The notes under the pieces are model-generated. The model was not told where the DNA came from. It saw only the letters and a list, made by a program, of their open reading frames with translations, and searched no databases. Shown piece by piece: positions 10,677-21,542 of a DNA stretch of 56,443 bases. The position numbers were made by a program, and so were the translations under genes. Source of the DNA: Candidatus Methylomirabilota bacterium (GTDB taxonomy: Bacteria > Methylomirabilota > Methylomirabilia > Rokubacteriales > CSP1-6); contig JBKPAK010000009.1 in assembly GCA_046726415.1 (NCBI GenBank), positions 1 through 56,443 of the forward strand, read 5' to 3'. Every line of letters begins with the position of its first letter. Within the stretch, counting starts at the first letter, position 1.

Positions 10677-11261
10677 CGATGCCATCCTCCATGATGACAG
10701 CGGGGACAAGGCACGGTTGATCGAAGCCACGGACTCCGGAGGGGGCGCTCTTGCCGACGGTCCCGATACGGGGAGGTTGGCGCAGCACGGTAGCATCGTC
10801 CGGCTCGTGACCTCCGGCCGCATCCGCGTCTTGCGCCGCAGGTGCACGAGACCCACAGCGGAAAGCAATGTAGTGGGGTTTGCCGGGCGGTGTCAAGAAC
10901 CGTCCGGCCTGCCGAATCCTTCGTCTCGCCGGCGACGATATCGGCATCGGCCGCGTCCCGAAGATCTTGTCCGTCGAACGTCGAGTGTGATGTCCTCGCG
11001 CCTCGCACCATCTTGGCGATGACACTGGTGGGCCAGGGCCTGGCCGCGGTCGCCACCCTCGTCGGCATGCCGACGTTTCCATGACTGCTTCGTCGAGTTC
11101 AAGTAAGCTCGACGTCGGATTTGTTCCCGATATGGCGAACCACCAATTGCTGGAGATCTGGGGCCGCGCGTCTGGGCCCCCGCTCCTCGAGGTGAAACGG
11201 ATGTTCTTCGGTCCTGGACGCGTCACGGCAACGCGAACGACACGTGAAAGAGGGGCAAGGC

Positions 11262-13634
11262 ATGCGTAGCGACGACAGAAATCGATCCCACCTCCCGATC
11301 CCGGATCGGCCGCGAACGGGCCTGATCACGTATGATGCAAAGGACCCGGAGACCAGGTACCCGCCCATCGAGCAATTGCGCCCGCCGAAAAGCGCGCCCA
11401 ATGTCCTCGTCATCCTGATCGACGATGCTGGGTTTGGCTCGGCGAGTGCTTTCGGCGGCCCGTGCCAGACGCCGAACGCGGAGCGGCTGGCCGCGGGCGG
11501 GCTCAAGTACACGCGCTTTCACACCACGGCCCTGTGCTCACCTACGCGCCAGGCCCTCCTGACTGGCCGCAACCACCATTCGGTGGGCATGGGGGGCATC
11601 ACCGAGATCGCCAGCGGCTCGCCGGGATACTCCTCGGTCCTGCCCAATACCGCGGCACCGATTGCCAAGACCCTCAAGCTCAATGGCTATGCCACGGCGC
11701 AGTTCGGCAAATGCCACGAGGTGCCGGTGTGGGAGACGAGCCCCGCCGGGCCGTTCAATGCCTGGCCCACGGGCGGCGGCGGCTTCGAGTACTTCTACGG
11801 CTTCGTCGGTGGAGAGGCTCACCAATGGTACCCCTCGCTGTACGAAGGGACGACGCCGATCGAGGTCAAGACGACGCCCGAAGAGGGTTACCATTTCATG
11901 GCCGATATGACCGACAAGGCGATCGGCTGGATCGGGCAACAGCGCGCCCTCATGCCCGACAAGCCGTTCTGCGTCTACTTCGCGCCGGGCGCCACCCACG
12001 CGCCTCACCACGTGCCGAAGGAATGGGCGGACAAGTACAAGAGCAAGTTCGACGGAGGTTGGGACACCCTGCGCGAGGAAACCTTTGCGCGACAGAAGGC
12101 GCTGGGCGTCATCCCGCCGGACTGCCGGCTCACCGCACGTCACAAGGAGGTCCCCGCGTGGGACGCGATGCCAGAGGATCTCAAGCCGGTGCTGCGCCGG
12201 CAGATGGAAGTCTACGCGGGCTTCCTCGAATTCACCGACCATCACATCGGCCGCCTGCTCGATTCGCTGAGGCAGATCGGCGCCCTCGACGACACCCTGG
12301 TGTACTACATCATCGGCGACAACGGCGCCTCCGCCGAGGGCACCCTGAACGGCACGTTCAACGAGATGATCAACTTCAACGGCATGGCCGCCATCGAGAC
12401 GCCGGCGTTCCTCAACGCGCGGCTGGACAAGCTCGGCGGGCCAGAGTCCTACAATCACTACGCGGTGGGCTGGGCGCACGCGATGAGCACGCCGTATCAG
12501 TGGACCAAGCAGGTTGCCTCGCATTGGGGCGGAACGCGCAATGGCACCATCGTGCACTGGCCCAACGGGATCGAGGCCAAAGGCAAGATCCGTTCGCAAT
12601 TCCACCACGTCATCGACGTCGCGCCCACCATCCTGGAGGCGGCGGGACTTCCGGAGCCGATCTCGGTAGAGGGCGTGCACCAGAAGCCCATCGAAGGCGT
12701 GAGCATGCTCTACTCCTTCAACGACGCCAAGGCGGGCGAGCGGCACGAGACGCAGTACTTCGAGATGTTCGGCAACCGCGGCATCTACCACAAGGGGTGG
12801 ACAGCGGTCACGCGGCACAAGACGCCCTGGATCCTCATCGGCGAGAAGACCCCGGCCTTCGACGACGACGTCTGGGAGCTCTACGACACCAACGTGGATT
12901 GGAGCCAGGCGAACGATCTGGCGAACCAGATGCCCGACAAGCTCCACGAGCTGCAGCGCCTCTGGCTGATGGAGGCGATACGCTACGACGTGTTGCCGCT
13001 CGACGATGACCTGGGGAAGCGGATGAACCCGAATACGGCCGGCCGACCGGTGCTGATCAAGGGGAATACCCAGCTCCTCTTTGGCGGCATGGGTCGGTTG
13101 TCGGAGAACTCCGTTCTGAGCGTCAAGAACAAGTCCCACGCGGTGACGGCGGAGATCGAGGTCCCGAAGTCGGGGGCCGAGGGCGTGATCATCGCCCAGG
13201 GCGGCAACATCGGCGGGTGGAGCCTGTATGCGAAGGGCGGCAAGCTCAAGTACTGCTACAACCTGCTCGGCGTGCAGTACTTCTACGTTGAGGCGGCGAG
13301 CCCGCTGTCCGCGGGCCCGCACCAGGTGCGCATGGAGTTCGCCTACGCCGGCGGCGGTCTCGGCAAGGGCGGCACAGTCTCGCTGTACGTCGACGGCAAG
13401 CAGGTCGGCCAAGGCGCGGTCGGGGCCACCGCGGCCATGATCTTTTCTGCGGATGATGGCTGCGACGTTGGGGAGGACACGGGATCCCCTGTTTCCGAGG
13501 ATTACGGCCCCCGCGGCAACGCGTTCGCGGGCCGGGTCAAGGGCGTGCAGATCGCCATCAACGCGGCCGCCGAGAACGCGGATCACCTTGTCTCACCCGA
13601 GGAGGCCGTGCGGATCGCGATGGCGCGACAGTAG
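11262..13634 (+). CDS. Arylsulfatase (type I, Cys-type)
   Basis: 'PNVLVILIDDAG', CSPTR signature, 'LLTGRNHH', 'GKCHE', 'GDNG'. Confidence 0.95.
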   Translation: MRSDDRNRSHLPIPDRPRTGLITYDAKDPETRYPPIEQLRPPKSAPNVLVILIDDAGFGSASAFGGPCQTPNAERLAAGGLKYTRFHTTALCSPTRQALLTGRNHHSVGMGGITEIASGSPGYSSVLPNTAAPIAKTLKLNGYATAQFGKCHEVPVWETSPAGPFNAWPTGGGGFEYFYGFVGGEAHQWYPSLYEGTTPIEVKTTPEEGYHFMADMTDKAIGWIGQQRALMPDKPFCVYFAPGATHAPHHVPKEWADKYKSKFDGGWDTLREETFARQKALGVIPPDCRLTARHKEVPAWDAMPEDLKPVLRRQMEVYAGFLEFTDHHIGRLLDSLRQIGALDDTLVYYIIGDNGASAEGTLNGTFNEMINFNGMAAIETPAFLNARLDKLGGPESYNHYAVGWAHAMSTPYQWTKQVASHWGGTRNGTIVHWPNGIEAKGKIRSQFHHVIDVAPTILEAAGLPEPISVEGVHQKPIEGVSMLYSFNDAKAGERHETQYFEMFGNRGIYHKGWTAVTRHKTPWILIGEKTPAFDDDVWELYDTNVDWSQANDLANQMPDKLHELQRLWLMEAIRYDVLPLDDDLGKRMNPNTAGRPVLIKGNTQLLFGGMGRLSENSVLSVKNKSHAVTAEIEVPKSGAEGVIIAQGGNIGGWSLYAKGGKLKYCYNLLGVQYFYVEAASPLSAGPHQVRMEFAYAGGGLGKGGTVSLYVDGKQVGQGAVGATAAMIFSADDGCDVGEDTGSPVSEDYGPRGNAFAGRVKGVQIAINAAAENADHLVSPEEAVRIAMARQ

Positions 13635-13660
13635 CGAGGAGATCGAGGGAGGAAGCGCGC

Positions 13661-14129
13661 ATGTCCGAGCTGGTGATTCGCGGCGGTACGGTGGTGGACG
13701 GCGGGGGCGCCCGCGCGGCCGGCCGACGTGGCCATCTCGGGCGGGTGGATCACCGACGTGGGCGACGTGCGGGAGCGCGGCGCGCGGGAGATCGACGTCA
13801 CGACCACGGTCGTCGGCAACTGCGGCTTCGCGATCGCCCCCTGCCGCCCCGCCGACCGCGACCTCATCATGCGCACCTTGGTAAAGGTGGAAGGCATGTC
13901 GCTGGCCGCCCTGCGCGCCGGCATCACCTGGGGCTTCGAGACGTCCTCGGAGTACCTCGACCACCTCGAACGCTGCAATCCGAGCCCCGGCGAGTCGCGC
14001 TTCGTCTGCCGCGCGCACGGCGTGCAGTGGGGCCTGGTCAACGGTGAGCCGATGCTCGGGCGCGGGCGCGTCGTCGAGCGGCCGGCGGGGGCGCGACCGG
14101 GGCGCGTGCTCCGCCAGTTCGACGCATAG
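13661..14129 (+). pseudogene. Collapsed N-acyl-D-amino-acid deacylase (amidohydrolase_3) remnant
   Basis: N-terminus 'LVIRGGTVVDG', then a frameshift, 'VTTTVVGNCGFAIAP', and C-terminus 'VNGE...RPGRVLR'; metal-binding HxH region and most of the body are missing. Confidence 0.85.
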
Positions 14130-14204
14130 GTGCCGCGACCCGGGCCACGGTCGGCAGGAACCGTTGAGAATCACACCCACGCGGATCAGGGGAGGGGGCG
14201 CGAG

Positions 14205-15152
14205 ATGACCATGAGACTCGGCAGTGGCGAGTTGCTGTTCGAACCGGTGGAAGGCTGGGAGAAGCTCCCGGAGGGATGGTCCTTCATCGACGTGGCGGGC
14301 GTGGCGGTGGATGCCCGGGACAACGTGTACGTGTTCAATCGGGGGGAACACCCCGTCGTCGTCTTCGATCGCGATGGCCATGTCCTGAGATCGTTCGGCG
14401 AGGGCCTGTTCAGCGACCGGCCCCACGGCATCCATACCGGTCCCGACGATTCCGTCTACTGCGTGGACGACGGGCTCCATACCGTCCAGAAATTCACCCT
14501 GGACGGCAAGTTGCTCCTGACCCTCGGCAGCCCCAACCAGCCCGCGCCGAAATGGCAAGGCAAACCCTTCAATCGCCCCACGCACGTGGCGGTGTCGCGC
14601 GTCACCGGGCATCTCTACGTGTCGGACGGTTACGGCAACAGCCGCATCCACAAGTTCACTCCCGATGGCCGGCACGTCCTCTCATGGGGCGAACCGGGCA
14701 TCGATTCTGGCCAGTTCATCCGACCGCACAACGTCGTTGTCGACAGGGACGATCGCGTCTACGTCGCCGACCGGGAGGCCCACCGGATCCAGGTGTTTGA
14801 CGCGAACGGCACGTTCATCGCCATGTGGAACAACATCCATCGGCCCGACGGCATCTGCCTGGACGCGGAGGGGAACTTCTTCATCGGTGAGCTCAACGGC
14901 ATGCCTGGGGTCGACGACGCCCCCGGACTGGGCCATCGCGTGAGCATTTACGACCTCCGCGGCCAACTGCGGAGCCGCTTTGGCGACCCGGAAGAGGGAG
15001 AAGGGCCGGGCCAGTTCATCGCGCCGCACGGCGTGGCCGTGGATTCCCGCGGCGATCTCTATGTGGGCGACGTGGCCTATACGATCAGGGGACGCCACCT
15101 GAGCCCACCCCGAGCGCTGAAATGCTTCCGGAAGTTCCGCCGGATCAGATAG
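14205..15152 (+). CDS. NHL-repeat protein, peptidyl-alpha-hydroxyglycine alpha-amidating lyase-like
   Basis: 'FNRPTHVAV...YVSDGYGNSRIHKF', 'GQFIRPHNVVVD...YVADRE'. Confidence 0.9.
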   Translation: MTMRLGSGELLFEPVEGWEKLPEGWSFIDVAGVAVDARDNVYVFNRGEHPVVVFDRDGHVLRSFGEGLFSDRPHGIHTGPDDSVYCVDDGLHTVQKFTLDGKLLLTLGSPNQPAPKWQGKPFNRPTHVAVSRVTGHLYVSDGYGNSRIHKFTPDGRHVLSWGEPGIDSGQFIRPHNVVVDRDDRVYVADREAHRIQVFDANGTFIAMWNNIHRPDGICLDAEGNFFIGELNGMPGVDDAPGLGHRVSIYDLRGQLRSRFGDPEEGEGPGQFIAPHGVAVDSRGDLYVGDVAYTIRGRHLSPPRALKCFRKFRRIR

Positions 15153-15500
15153 CCGCACCTCCGGCGCTCCGGCACGACACGGCGATGGTCGCGCCGGCAC
15201 TATAGTTCGAAGTGCCGGCCGACCCGCGGACCCGGATGCGGCCGGGCGGCGCCAACCTTCGGCTCGATCCTGAGCATTGCCTCCGGCCCTTCGTCGAACG
15301 GGAATCCGTGGTTTCACGGCGCGGGGGCCCCGCACCGGCTCGCCGGGGCGGAGGGCCAGGGTCGATATTAGAATATCTCCCTCGAGTGAACTGCGGGTGG
15401 CCTCGCCACAGTCCGCCGCACATGCGGACGACTCCGAGTCCGACCGTGGTGACCTAGAATGACGCCCGTCGGGCAGCTCGACGGAGAGCAAGGGGGGTGT

Positions 15501-18320
15501 ATGGAAGAGAGACACACCCACGCCAAGCCGATCGACGCGGTGGTCCGGGAATTTCAGACGGACCTGGACAAGGGCTTGAGCGGGGAAGAGGCGCGGCAGC
15601 GCCTCGCGAAATACGGCGTCAATGAACTCACCGAGAGGCCCCGGCCGGGATTCCTCGCGCTCCTGTGGGAGCAATTCAACAACTACCTGGTCATCATCCT
15701 GATCGTCGCGGCGGTCATCGCGCTGCTGCTTGGCGAGTATGTCGATGCCGTCGCCATCATGTGCATCGTCGTCCTGAATGCCATCATCGGAGTGGTCCAG
15801 GAATCGAAGGCCGAACAGGCCATCGAGGCCCTCAAGAAAATGGCGGCCCCCAACGCCCAGGTCATCCGCGACGGCCGTCAGATGACGGCGCCGGCCCGGG
15901 AACTCGTGCCGGGCGACGTCGTCCTCCTGGACGCCGGCAACTACGTGCCCGCCGATATGCGCCTGACCACGACCGTGAACCTCAAGGTCGAAGAGGCCTC
16001 CCTGACGGGGGAATCCGTTCCGGTGGAGAAGAATGCGCGGTTGGTTCTGGACCAGGAGGTACCCCTGGGCGACCGCAGGAACGCCGCGTTCCTGGGCACG
16101 CTCATCACGTATGGGCGCGGCAAGGGACTGGTGACGGGCACGGGCATGCGGACGCAGATCGGTCTCATTGCCGAGATGATCCAGTCCTACCAGGAGGAGG
16201 ATACGCCGCTCCAGCAGAAACTGGAGCATCTGGGGAAGGTTTTGGGGACGGCCTGCCTCGCCATCTGCGCGATCGTCCTCATCTACGGACTTGCTCGGGA
16301 CACCCACCTGATGGAGGCCTTCCGCGACGGGTTCCTCGACTACTGGGCGGCCGAGAAGAAGGACATCATCAACATCCTCTTGACCGCCCTGAGTCTCGCC
16401 ATCGCCGCGGTCCCCGAAGGCCTCCCCGCTATCGTGACCATCTGCCTCGCGTTGGGGATGCAGCAGATGATCAAGCGCCACGCCCTGATCCGCAAGCTCC
16501 CCGCGGTGGAGACGCTCGGATGCGCCACCGTGGTCTGTTCCGACAAGACGGGCACGTTGACGCAGAACGAGATGACCGTCGTTCAGGGATGGGCGGGGGG
16601 CAAACGGTTCCGGGTAACCGGGGAAGGGTACAACCCGCACGGGCAGTTCCTCATCGAGGGCAAGCCATTCGATCCGCGCACTGATCCCGACGCCACGGTG
16701 CTCCTGCACGGAGGATTGCTCTGCAACGACGCGAAGCTGGAGGAGCGGAGCGATAGGGACGATGGCCGCTCCTGGCAGATGGTGGGCGACCCCACCGAAG
16801 GAGCCTTGGTGGTGGCCGCCGCCAAGAGCGGGTTCCGGCGCTCCGATCTGGAAAGGGCCCTACCCCGAGTTCAGGAAATCCCCTTCGATTCGGAGCGAAA
16901 GCGGATGTCCACGGTCCACTACTGCGACGGGTCCCCGGAGCAGGCGGCGGCCCTGGCGGATGTCGACTATCCCCAGGTCTTCGCCTTCGTGAAGGGGGGG
17001 CCCGACGTCGTCCTGGAGCTCTGCAGCCACATCCAAGAGGCCGGGCGGGCCGTCGCCCTGACCGAGGAGCGACGGCAGGAGGTGCTGGAGCACAACCGCG
17101 ACATGGCGAGCAACGCGCTCCGGGTGCTTGGCGTTGCCTATCGGCCCTTGACCGAAATGCCGGACAGCCCGCGGCCCCAAGACCTGGAGCAGAATCTCAC
17201 GTTCGTCGGACTCCTCGGAATGATCGACCCGCCGCGGCCGGAAGTGGCGGAGGCGGTGAAGGTGGCGAAGGGGGCGGGACTCAAGAGCGTCATGGTGACG
17301 GGCGACTACAAGGAAACCGCCGAGGCCATCGCCCGGGACATCGGCTTGCTGACCAGGGGCGGCCTGGTGCTGACCGGCCCAGAGATCGAGAAGCTGAGCG
17401 ATCCGGAACTGGCGGACCGGACCGAGACGCTGGCCGTGTGTTGCCGGGTTTCGCCCCAGCACAAGACCAGGATCGTCGAGGCCCTGAAGGCTCGGGACCA
17501 CGTCGTGGCCATGACGGGTGACGGGGTGAACGACGCTCCGGCCCTGAAGCGGGCGAACATCGGAGTGGCCATGGGCATCACCGGCACCGATGTGACCAAG
17601 CAGACGGCGGACATGGTCCTCACCGACGACAACTATGCCAGCATCGTCGCGGCGATCGAGCAGGGGCGGATCATCTATTCCAACATCCGCAAGTTCGTGT
17701 ATTTCCTGCTGGCCTGCAACGCCGGAGAGATCCTCATCATATTCGGCGCGATGCTGCTGGGGATGCCGATCCCCCTCCGGCCGGTTCAGCTGCTGTGGCT
17801 GAATCTCGTGAGTGATGGGGCTCCCGCCCTCGCCTTGGGGATGGAGCAGGGGGACCGCGACATCATGAAGCGCCCGCCGCGACCCGCGAGGGAGCCGGTG
17901 ATCAATTCAGACATGGCCATCGGGATCGCCGTCGTGGCCATCGTCGACGCGATCGCCATCTTGACCGCGTTCGCTCTGGGCCTGCAGCGCTATCCCGGCC
18001 AGCTCGAGGCCGCCCAGACGATAGCCTTCGTCACCCTGTGTACATCGGAGCTCATCCGGGCCTTCACGGCGCGCTCCGAGTATCACAGCGTCCTCTCCAT
18101 CGGGGTGTTTTCCAACCGCTGGATGGTCCGGGCCGTAGCGGCGTCGTTTGCGCTGGTGCTGATGGTCGTGTACGTGCCCTTTCTGCGGCCGTTCTTCGAC
18201 ACCGTGCCGCTCACCCTGGATGACTGGCTCCTCATGGCTCCCTTCTTCTTCGCCTCGGCGATCGCCATGGAACTCGTGAAGCTCTACTTCCGGCGCAGGG
18301 TGGCCGGCGCGATGGGCTAG
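15501..18320 (+). CDS. Cation-transporting P-type ATPase (type IIA, Ca2+-like)
   Basis: [25 protein letters not shown], '[11 protein letters not shown]'. Confidence 0.97.
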   Translation: MEERHTHAKPIDAVVREFQTDLDKGLSGEEARQRLAKYGVNELTERPRPGFLALLWEQFNNYLVIILIVAAVIALLLGEYVDAVAIMCIVVLNAIIGVVQESKAEQAIEALKKMAAPNAQVIRDGRQMTAPARELVPGDVVLLDAGNYVPADMRLTTTVNLKVEEASLTGESVPVEKNARLVLDQEVPLGDRRNAAFLGTLITYGRGKGLVTGTGMRTQIGLIAEMIQSYQEEDTPLQQKLEHLGKVLGTACLAICAIVLIYGLARDTHLMEAFRDGFLDYWAAEKKDIINILLTALSLAIAAVPEGLPAIVTICLALGMQQMIKRHALIRKLPAVETLGCATVVCSDKTGTLTQNEMTVVQGWAGGKRFRVTGEGYNPHGQFLIEGKPFDPRTDPDATVLLHGGLLCNDAKLEERSDRDDGRSWQMVGDPTEGALVVAAAKSGFRRSDLERALPRVQEIPFDSERKRMSTVHYCDGSPEQAAALADVDYPQVFAFVKGGPDVVLELCSHIQEAGRAVALTEERRQEVLEHNRDMASNALRVLGVAYRPLTEMPDSPRPQDLEQNLTFVGLLGMIDPPRPEVAEAVKVAKGAGLKSVMVTGDYKETAEAIARDIGLLTRGGLVLTGPEIEKLSDPELADRTETLAVCCRVSPQHKTRIVEALKARDHVVAMTGDGVNDAPALKRANIGVAMGITGTDVTKQTADMVLTDDNYASIVAAIEQGRIIYSNIRKFVYFLLACNAGEILIIFGAMLLGMPIPLRPVQLLWLNLVSDGAPALALGMEQGDRDIMKRPPRPAREPVINSDMAIGIAVVAIVDAIAILTAFALGLQRYPGQLEAAQTIAFVTLCTSELIRAFTARSEYHSVLSIGVFSNRWMVRAVAASFALVLMVVYVPFLRPFFDTVPLTLDDWLLMAPFFFASAIAMELVKLYFRRRVAGAMG

Positions 18321-19162
18321 GAGGTCGGAGCCCATCGCGCCGGCCTCCTGGCCGCGAGCGCTCCGACGGCGCCCGCGAGACCGTTGGGGAACGCGACCGC
18401 GACGAGCATCATCAGCGCGCCGAAGACGATCAGCTCCGTCTCGGGCGTGATGCGGATCAGCTCCGGAACCACGAAGAGGAAGAACGTCCCCAACAACGGG
18501 CCCCAGACGCTCTTCTTGCCGCCGACGATCACGTAGACGAAGAGCAGCAACGAGGGATGGAAGCCGAGATCGGTCGGCTGGTACACGCCGAAGCGGTGCG
18601 CGTGGAGCGCCCCGGAGAGCGCGGCCATCGCGGAGCCCAGCGCGAAGATCAGAACGCGGAGGCGCTTCACGCGGACGCCGAACACCTGGGCCAACAGCTG
18701 GTCGTCACCGGTCGCGCGCACCGCGAGCCCGACCGTGGAGCGGTCGATGGCGAGCGCCACCGCGAAGCTGACCCCCAGCGACAGGAGTATTGGCCACGCG
18801 CTCGAGACCAACGGCAGCCCGGAGAGCCCGAGGGGGCCGCCGAGGAGCTCGAACCGGCCGACGCCGGAGACCGCCGCCACCGAGAGCCCGAGGGTGGTTA
18901 CCGCGAAGAACCAGTGGTGCAGGCGCAAGGTGAGGGCCGAGAAGATGCCGCCCAGCAGCGCCCCCAGCGCCGCCGCCAGCGGGATGGTCAGGGCGGGCGA
19001 GAGCCCGGCGCGGGTGCTGAGCACCCCGGTGCAGAAGCCGCCCACCCCCGCGAAGACGGCCATGCCCACGTTGAGCTGGCCGCTGCGGATCTGCAGGAAC
19101 AGCCCGATCGCCGCGATCGCGCTGATCGAGGCGGAGAGGAGCACCGTCGTCCAGAACGCCAC
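18317..19162 (-). CDS. livM: Branched-chain amino acid-type ABC permease
   Basis: Hydrophobic; 'GLAVRATGDDQLLAQVFGV', 'VIVGGKKSVWGPLLG'; GTG start. Confidence 0.88.
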   Translation of the reverse strand: MAFWTTVLLSASISAIAAIGLFLQIRSGQLNVGMAVFAGVGGFCTGVLSTRAGLSPALTIPLAAALGALLGGIFSALTLRLHHWFFAVTTLGLSVAAVSGVGRFELLGGPLGLSGLPLVSSAWPILLSLGVSFAVALAIDRSTVGLAVRATGDDQLLAQVFGVRVKRLRVLIFALGSAMAALSGALHAHRFGVYQPTDLGFHPSLLLFVYVIVGGKKSVWGPLLGTFFLFVVPELIRITPETELIVFGALMMLVAVAFPNGLAGAVGALAARRPARWAPTS

Positions 19163-19182
19163 GGCCCCTCAGGCCTCAGGCC

Positions 19183-20055
19183 TCAGGCCACGCCGGGGCT
19201 TCGGAAGAGCCCGTGGGGCCGGACGATGAGCACGACGAGCAGGACGACGAAGACACTGAAGTCCCGGAGCTGCGAACCCCAATAGGTGACCGCGACGGCC
19301 TCGGCGAGCCCGATGAGCACGGCGCCGAGGGCCGCGCCGCGCAGGCTCCGGACGCCGCCCACGATCATCGCCACCAGGCCCTTGAGGCCGTAGGTCACGC
19401 CCATCAGGGGCGCGACCAGGCCATAGCTCAGCCCGGCCAGGATGCCGCCGATCCCCGCGAGGGCCGCGGTCAGCACCATCGTCACGACGATGACGAGGTT
19501 CGTGTTGATGCCCATCACCTTCGCCGCGTTCGGGTTCTGAGCCACGGCGCGGATCTGCCGGCCGAAGTCGGTCCGGCCGATGAGGTACTCGAGCGCCAGC
19601 AGGAGCAGGAGCGAGGCGCACCCGCTGACGAGCAGGCCCTTCGAGACGAAGTAGCCGCCGAAGTGCACGAACTCGCGGAGCTGGAACGGGAAGACGACGG
19701 CCTTGTTGCCGAATACGAGCGCGGCGGCGTTCTGCAGCACCAGGCCGGCGCCGATGGTGCCGATGAGCGGAAGCTCGATGGAGGCTTCCCCTCCGAACCG
19801 GCGGGAGGGTCTGATCACCAACCGCTCGAGGGCGAGCGCGATCACGGCCACGGCGACGGCCGCCAGCCCGATGGCGCCGGCCGCCGGGCTGCCGAGCGCG
19901 ATGGCTGCGACGAAGGTCAGGGCCGCGACCATGGCGAAGTCGGCTTGCGCCATGTTCAGCACGCCCATGATCCCGAAGATCATGGTGAAGCCGACGGCAA
20001 ACAGCGCGTAGATTCCGCTCGCGAGGACGCCGTTGATGAGCTGCTGGGCCAGCAT
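19183..20055 (-). CDS. livH: Branched-chain amino acid-type ABC permease
   Basis: 'QQLINGVLASGIYALFAVGFTMIFG', 'RTDFGRQIRAVAQN', 'RPHGLF'. Confidence 0.92.
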   Translation of the reverse strand: MLAQQLINGVLASGIYALFAVGFTMIFGIMGVLNMAQADFAMVAALTFVAAIALGSPAAGAIGLAAVAVAVIALALERLVIRPSRRFGGEASIELPLIGTIGAGLVLQNAAALVFGNKAVVFPFQLREFVHFGGYFVSKGLLVSGCASLLLLLALEYLIGRTDFGRQIRAVAQNPNAAKVMGINTNLVIVVTMVLTAALAGIGGILAGLSYGLVAPLMGVTYGLKGLVAMIVGGVRSLRGAALGAVLIGLAEAVAVTYWGSQLRDFSVFVVLLVVLIVRPHGLFRSPGVA

Positions 20056-20060
20056 CGGAG

Positions 20061-20771
20061 CTACGCCCCGAGGTACGCGGCGCGGATCTCGGGATCGCCG
20101 AGCAGGTCCGCGCTCGGGCCCTCACGGAGGATCCGGCCGAGCTCCAGCACGTAGCCGCGCTCGCACAGGGTCAACGCGTGGTAGACGTTCTGCTCCACCA
20201 GGAGCATGGGCAGGCCTGCCGTGTGCAGGCGGGCGAGCGCCTCGTACACCGCGTCCTGAAGGACCGGAGCGAGGCCGAGGGACGGCTCGTCCAGCAGGAG
20301 GACGCGCACGTCTCGCATCAAGGTCCGCCCGAGGGCGAGCATCTGCTGCTCGCCGCCGGAGAGCGTCCTCGCGATCTGGCGTTTCCGCTCGGCCAGGCGG
20401 GGGAAGAGCTCGTAGATCTCCGCGCGCTTTCGCTTGCGCTCCGCCCACGGCAGGAGCCGGCCCCCGATGAGGAGCTCCTCCTCGACGGTGAGACCGGGAA
20501 AGAGCTCCCGCCCCTCCGGGACGTAGCCGATCCCCAGGCGGGCGATCCGAAAGGTCGGCAACCCGCGCAGATCGATCCCGCCGAGCTCGAGCCGCTCGGC
20601 CTGCGCCGCCACGAGCCCCATGATCCCGCGGAGGGCGCTCGATTTGCCGGCGCCGTTGCTTCCGACCACGGCCACCGCCTCGCCGTCGCGCACGGTGACG
20701 TCAATTCCCCTCACGGCCTGGAGGGCGCCATAGGAGACGTGGAGGCTCCGGACGACGAGCGCGTCAGCCAC
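20061..20771 (-). CDS. livF: ABC ATP-binding protein
   Basis: GSNGAGKS, LSGGEQQML, DEPSLGLAP, VEQN. Confidence 0.93.
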   Translation of the reverse strand: MADALVVRSLHVSYGALQAVRGIDVTVRDGEAVAVVGSNGAGKSSALRGIMGLVAAQAERLELGGIDLRGLPTFRIARLGIGYVPEGRELFPGLTVEEELLIGGRLLPWAERKRKRAEIYELFPRLAERKRQIARTLSGGEQQMLALGRTLMRDVRVLLLDEPSLGLAPVLQDAVYEALARLHTAGLPMLLVEQNVYHALTLCERGYVLELGRILREGPSADLLGDPEIRAAYLGA

Positions 20772-21519
20772 CGCGTTGCCAGTTCCGCGCGGTGCCCAGG
20801 TAGGCGGCGATCACCTCCGGATGGCGCCGGACCTCCGCCATGGTGCCCGTCACGACCATCTTCCCGAAGTTGAGCACCACGACCGACGCGGCGAGGCGCC
20901 CGACCAGCTCCATGTGGTGCTCCACCAGGATCACGGTGATCCCGCGGCCGGCCATCTCGCCGATGAGCCCGGCCAGAGCGGCCCGCTCGGCCGGCGTGGA
21001 GCCGGCGGCCGGTTCGTCGAGCAGGAAGACGCGCGGCTCGGTCGCCAGCCCGCGCGCGATCTCGAGGCGCCGCTTCTCACCATAGGCGAGCGCGTGAGGG
21101 TACACGGTCCCCTTCTCGGCGAGGCCGACGCGGGTCAGCAGCTCGCGGCAGACGTCGCGGTCGTCCCGTCGGTCGCTCGCGGCACGGAAGCGGGCCGACT
21201 GGCGGTACCCGCGTCGGGCCAGGAGCACGTGCTCGACCATGGTCAGGCTTTCAAAGAACCGAACGGTCTGGAAGGTCCGGGTAATGCCGACGCCGATCAG
21301 GTCGTCGAGGACGGCCGCGCTCAGCCGGCGCCCTTCGAGGGCGACAGAACCCGCGTCCATGGGAGTGATACCGGAGAGGCAGTCGAGCAAGGTGCTCTTG
21401 CCCGCGCCGTTCGGCCCGATGATGGCGGTCACGTGGCCGGCGGGGGCCACGAACGAGACGCCATCCAGCGCCTGCAGGCCACCGAAACGCTTCGAGATGC
21501 CGGTGACCTCGAGGGCCAT
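20764..21519 (-). CDS. livG: ABC ATP-binding protein
   Basis: GPNGAGKS, 'RTFQ', 'LAYGEKRRLEIAR', DEPAAG, VEH. Confidence 0.93.
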   Translation of the reverse strand: MALEVTGISKRFGGLQALDGVSFVAPAGHVTAIIGPNGAGKSTLLDCLSGITPMDAGSVALEGRRLSAAVLDDLIGVGITRTFQTVRFFESLTMVEHVLLARRGYRQSARFRAASDRRDDRDVCRELLTRVGLAEKGTVYPHALAYGEKRRLEIARGLATEPRVFLLDEPAAGSTPAERAALAGLIGEMAGRGITVILVEHHMELVGRLAASVVVLNFGKMVVTGTMAEVRRHPEVIAAYLGTARNWQRGG

Positions 21520-21542
21520 CCGCGTCCGGCGCCCGCGGCCCC

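Noticed and set aside
10700-11260. Short ORFs between the LVIVD gene and the arylsulfatase
   Set aside because: May be gene debris, but no family can be supported
11538-13586. Long antisense ORFs (also 4043-5896, 14682-16709, 30065-31729, 53081-54796 and others)
   Set aside because: Shadow ORFs of high-GC genes on the opposite strand, with no recognisable motifs
15153-15500. Possible Mn/Mg riboswitch upstream of the P-type ATPase
   Set aside because: I could not see yybP-ykoY or M-box consensus elements; an Rfam scan would settle it
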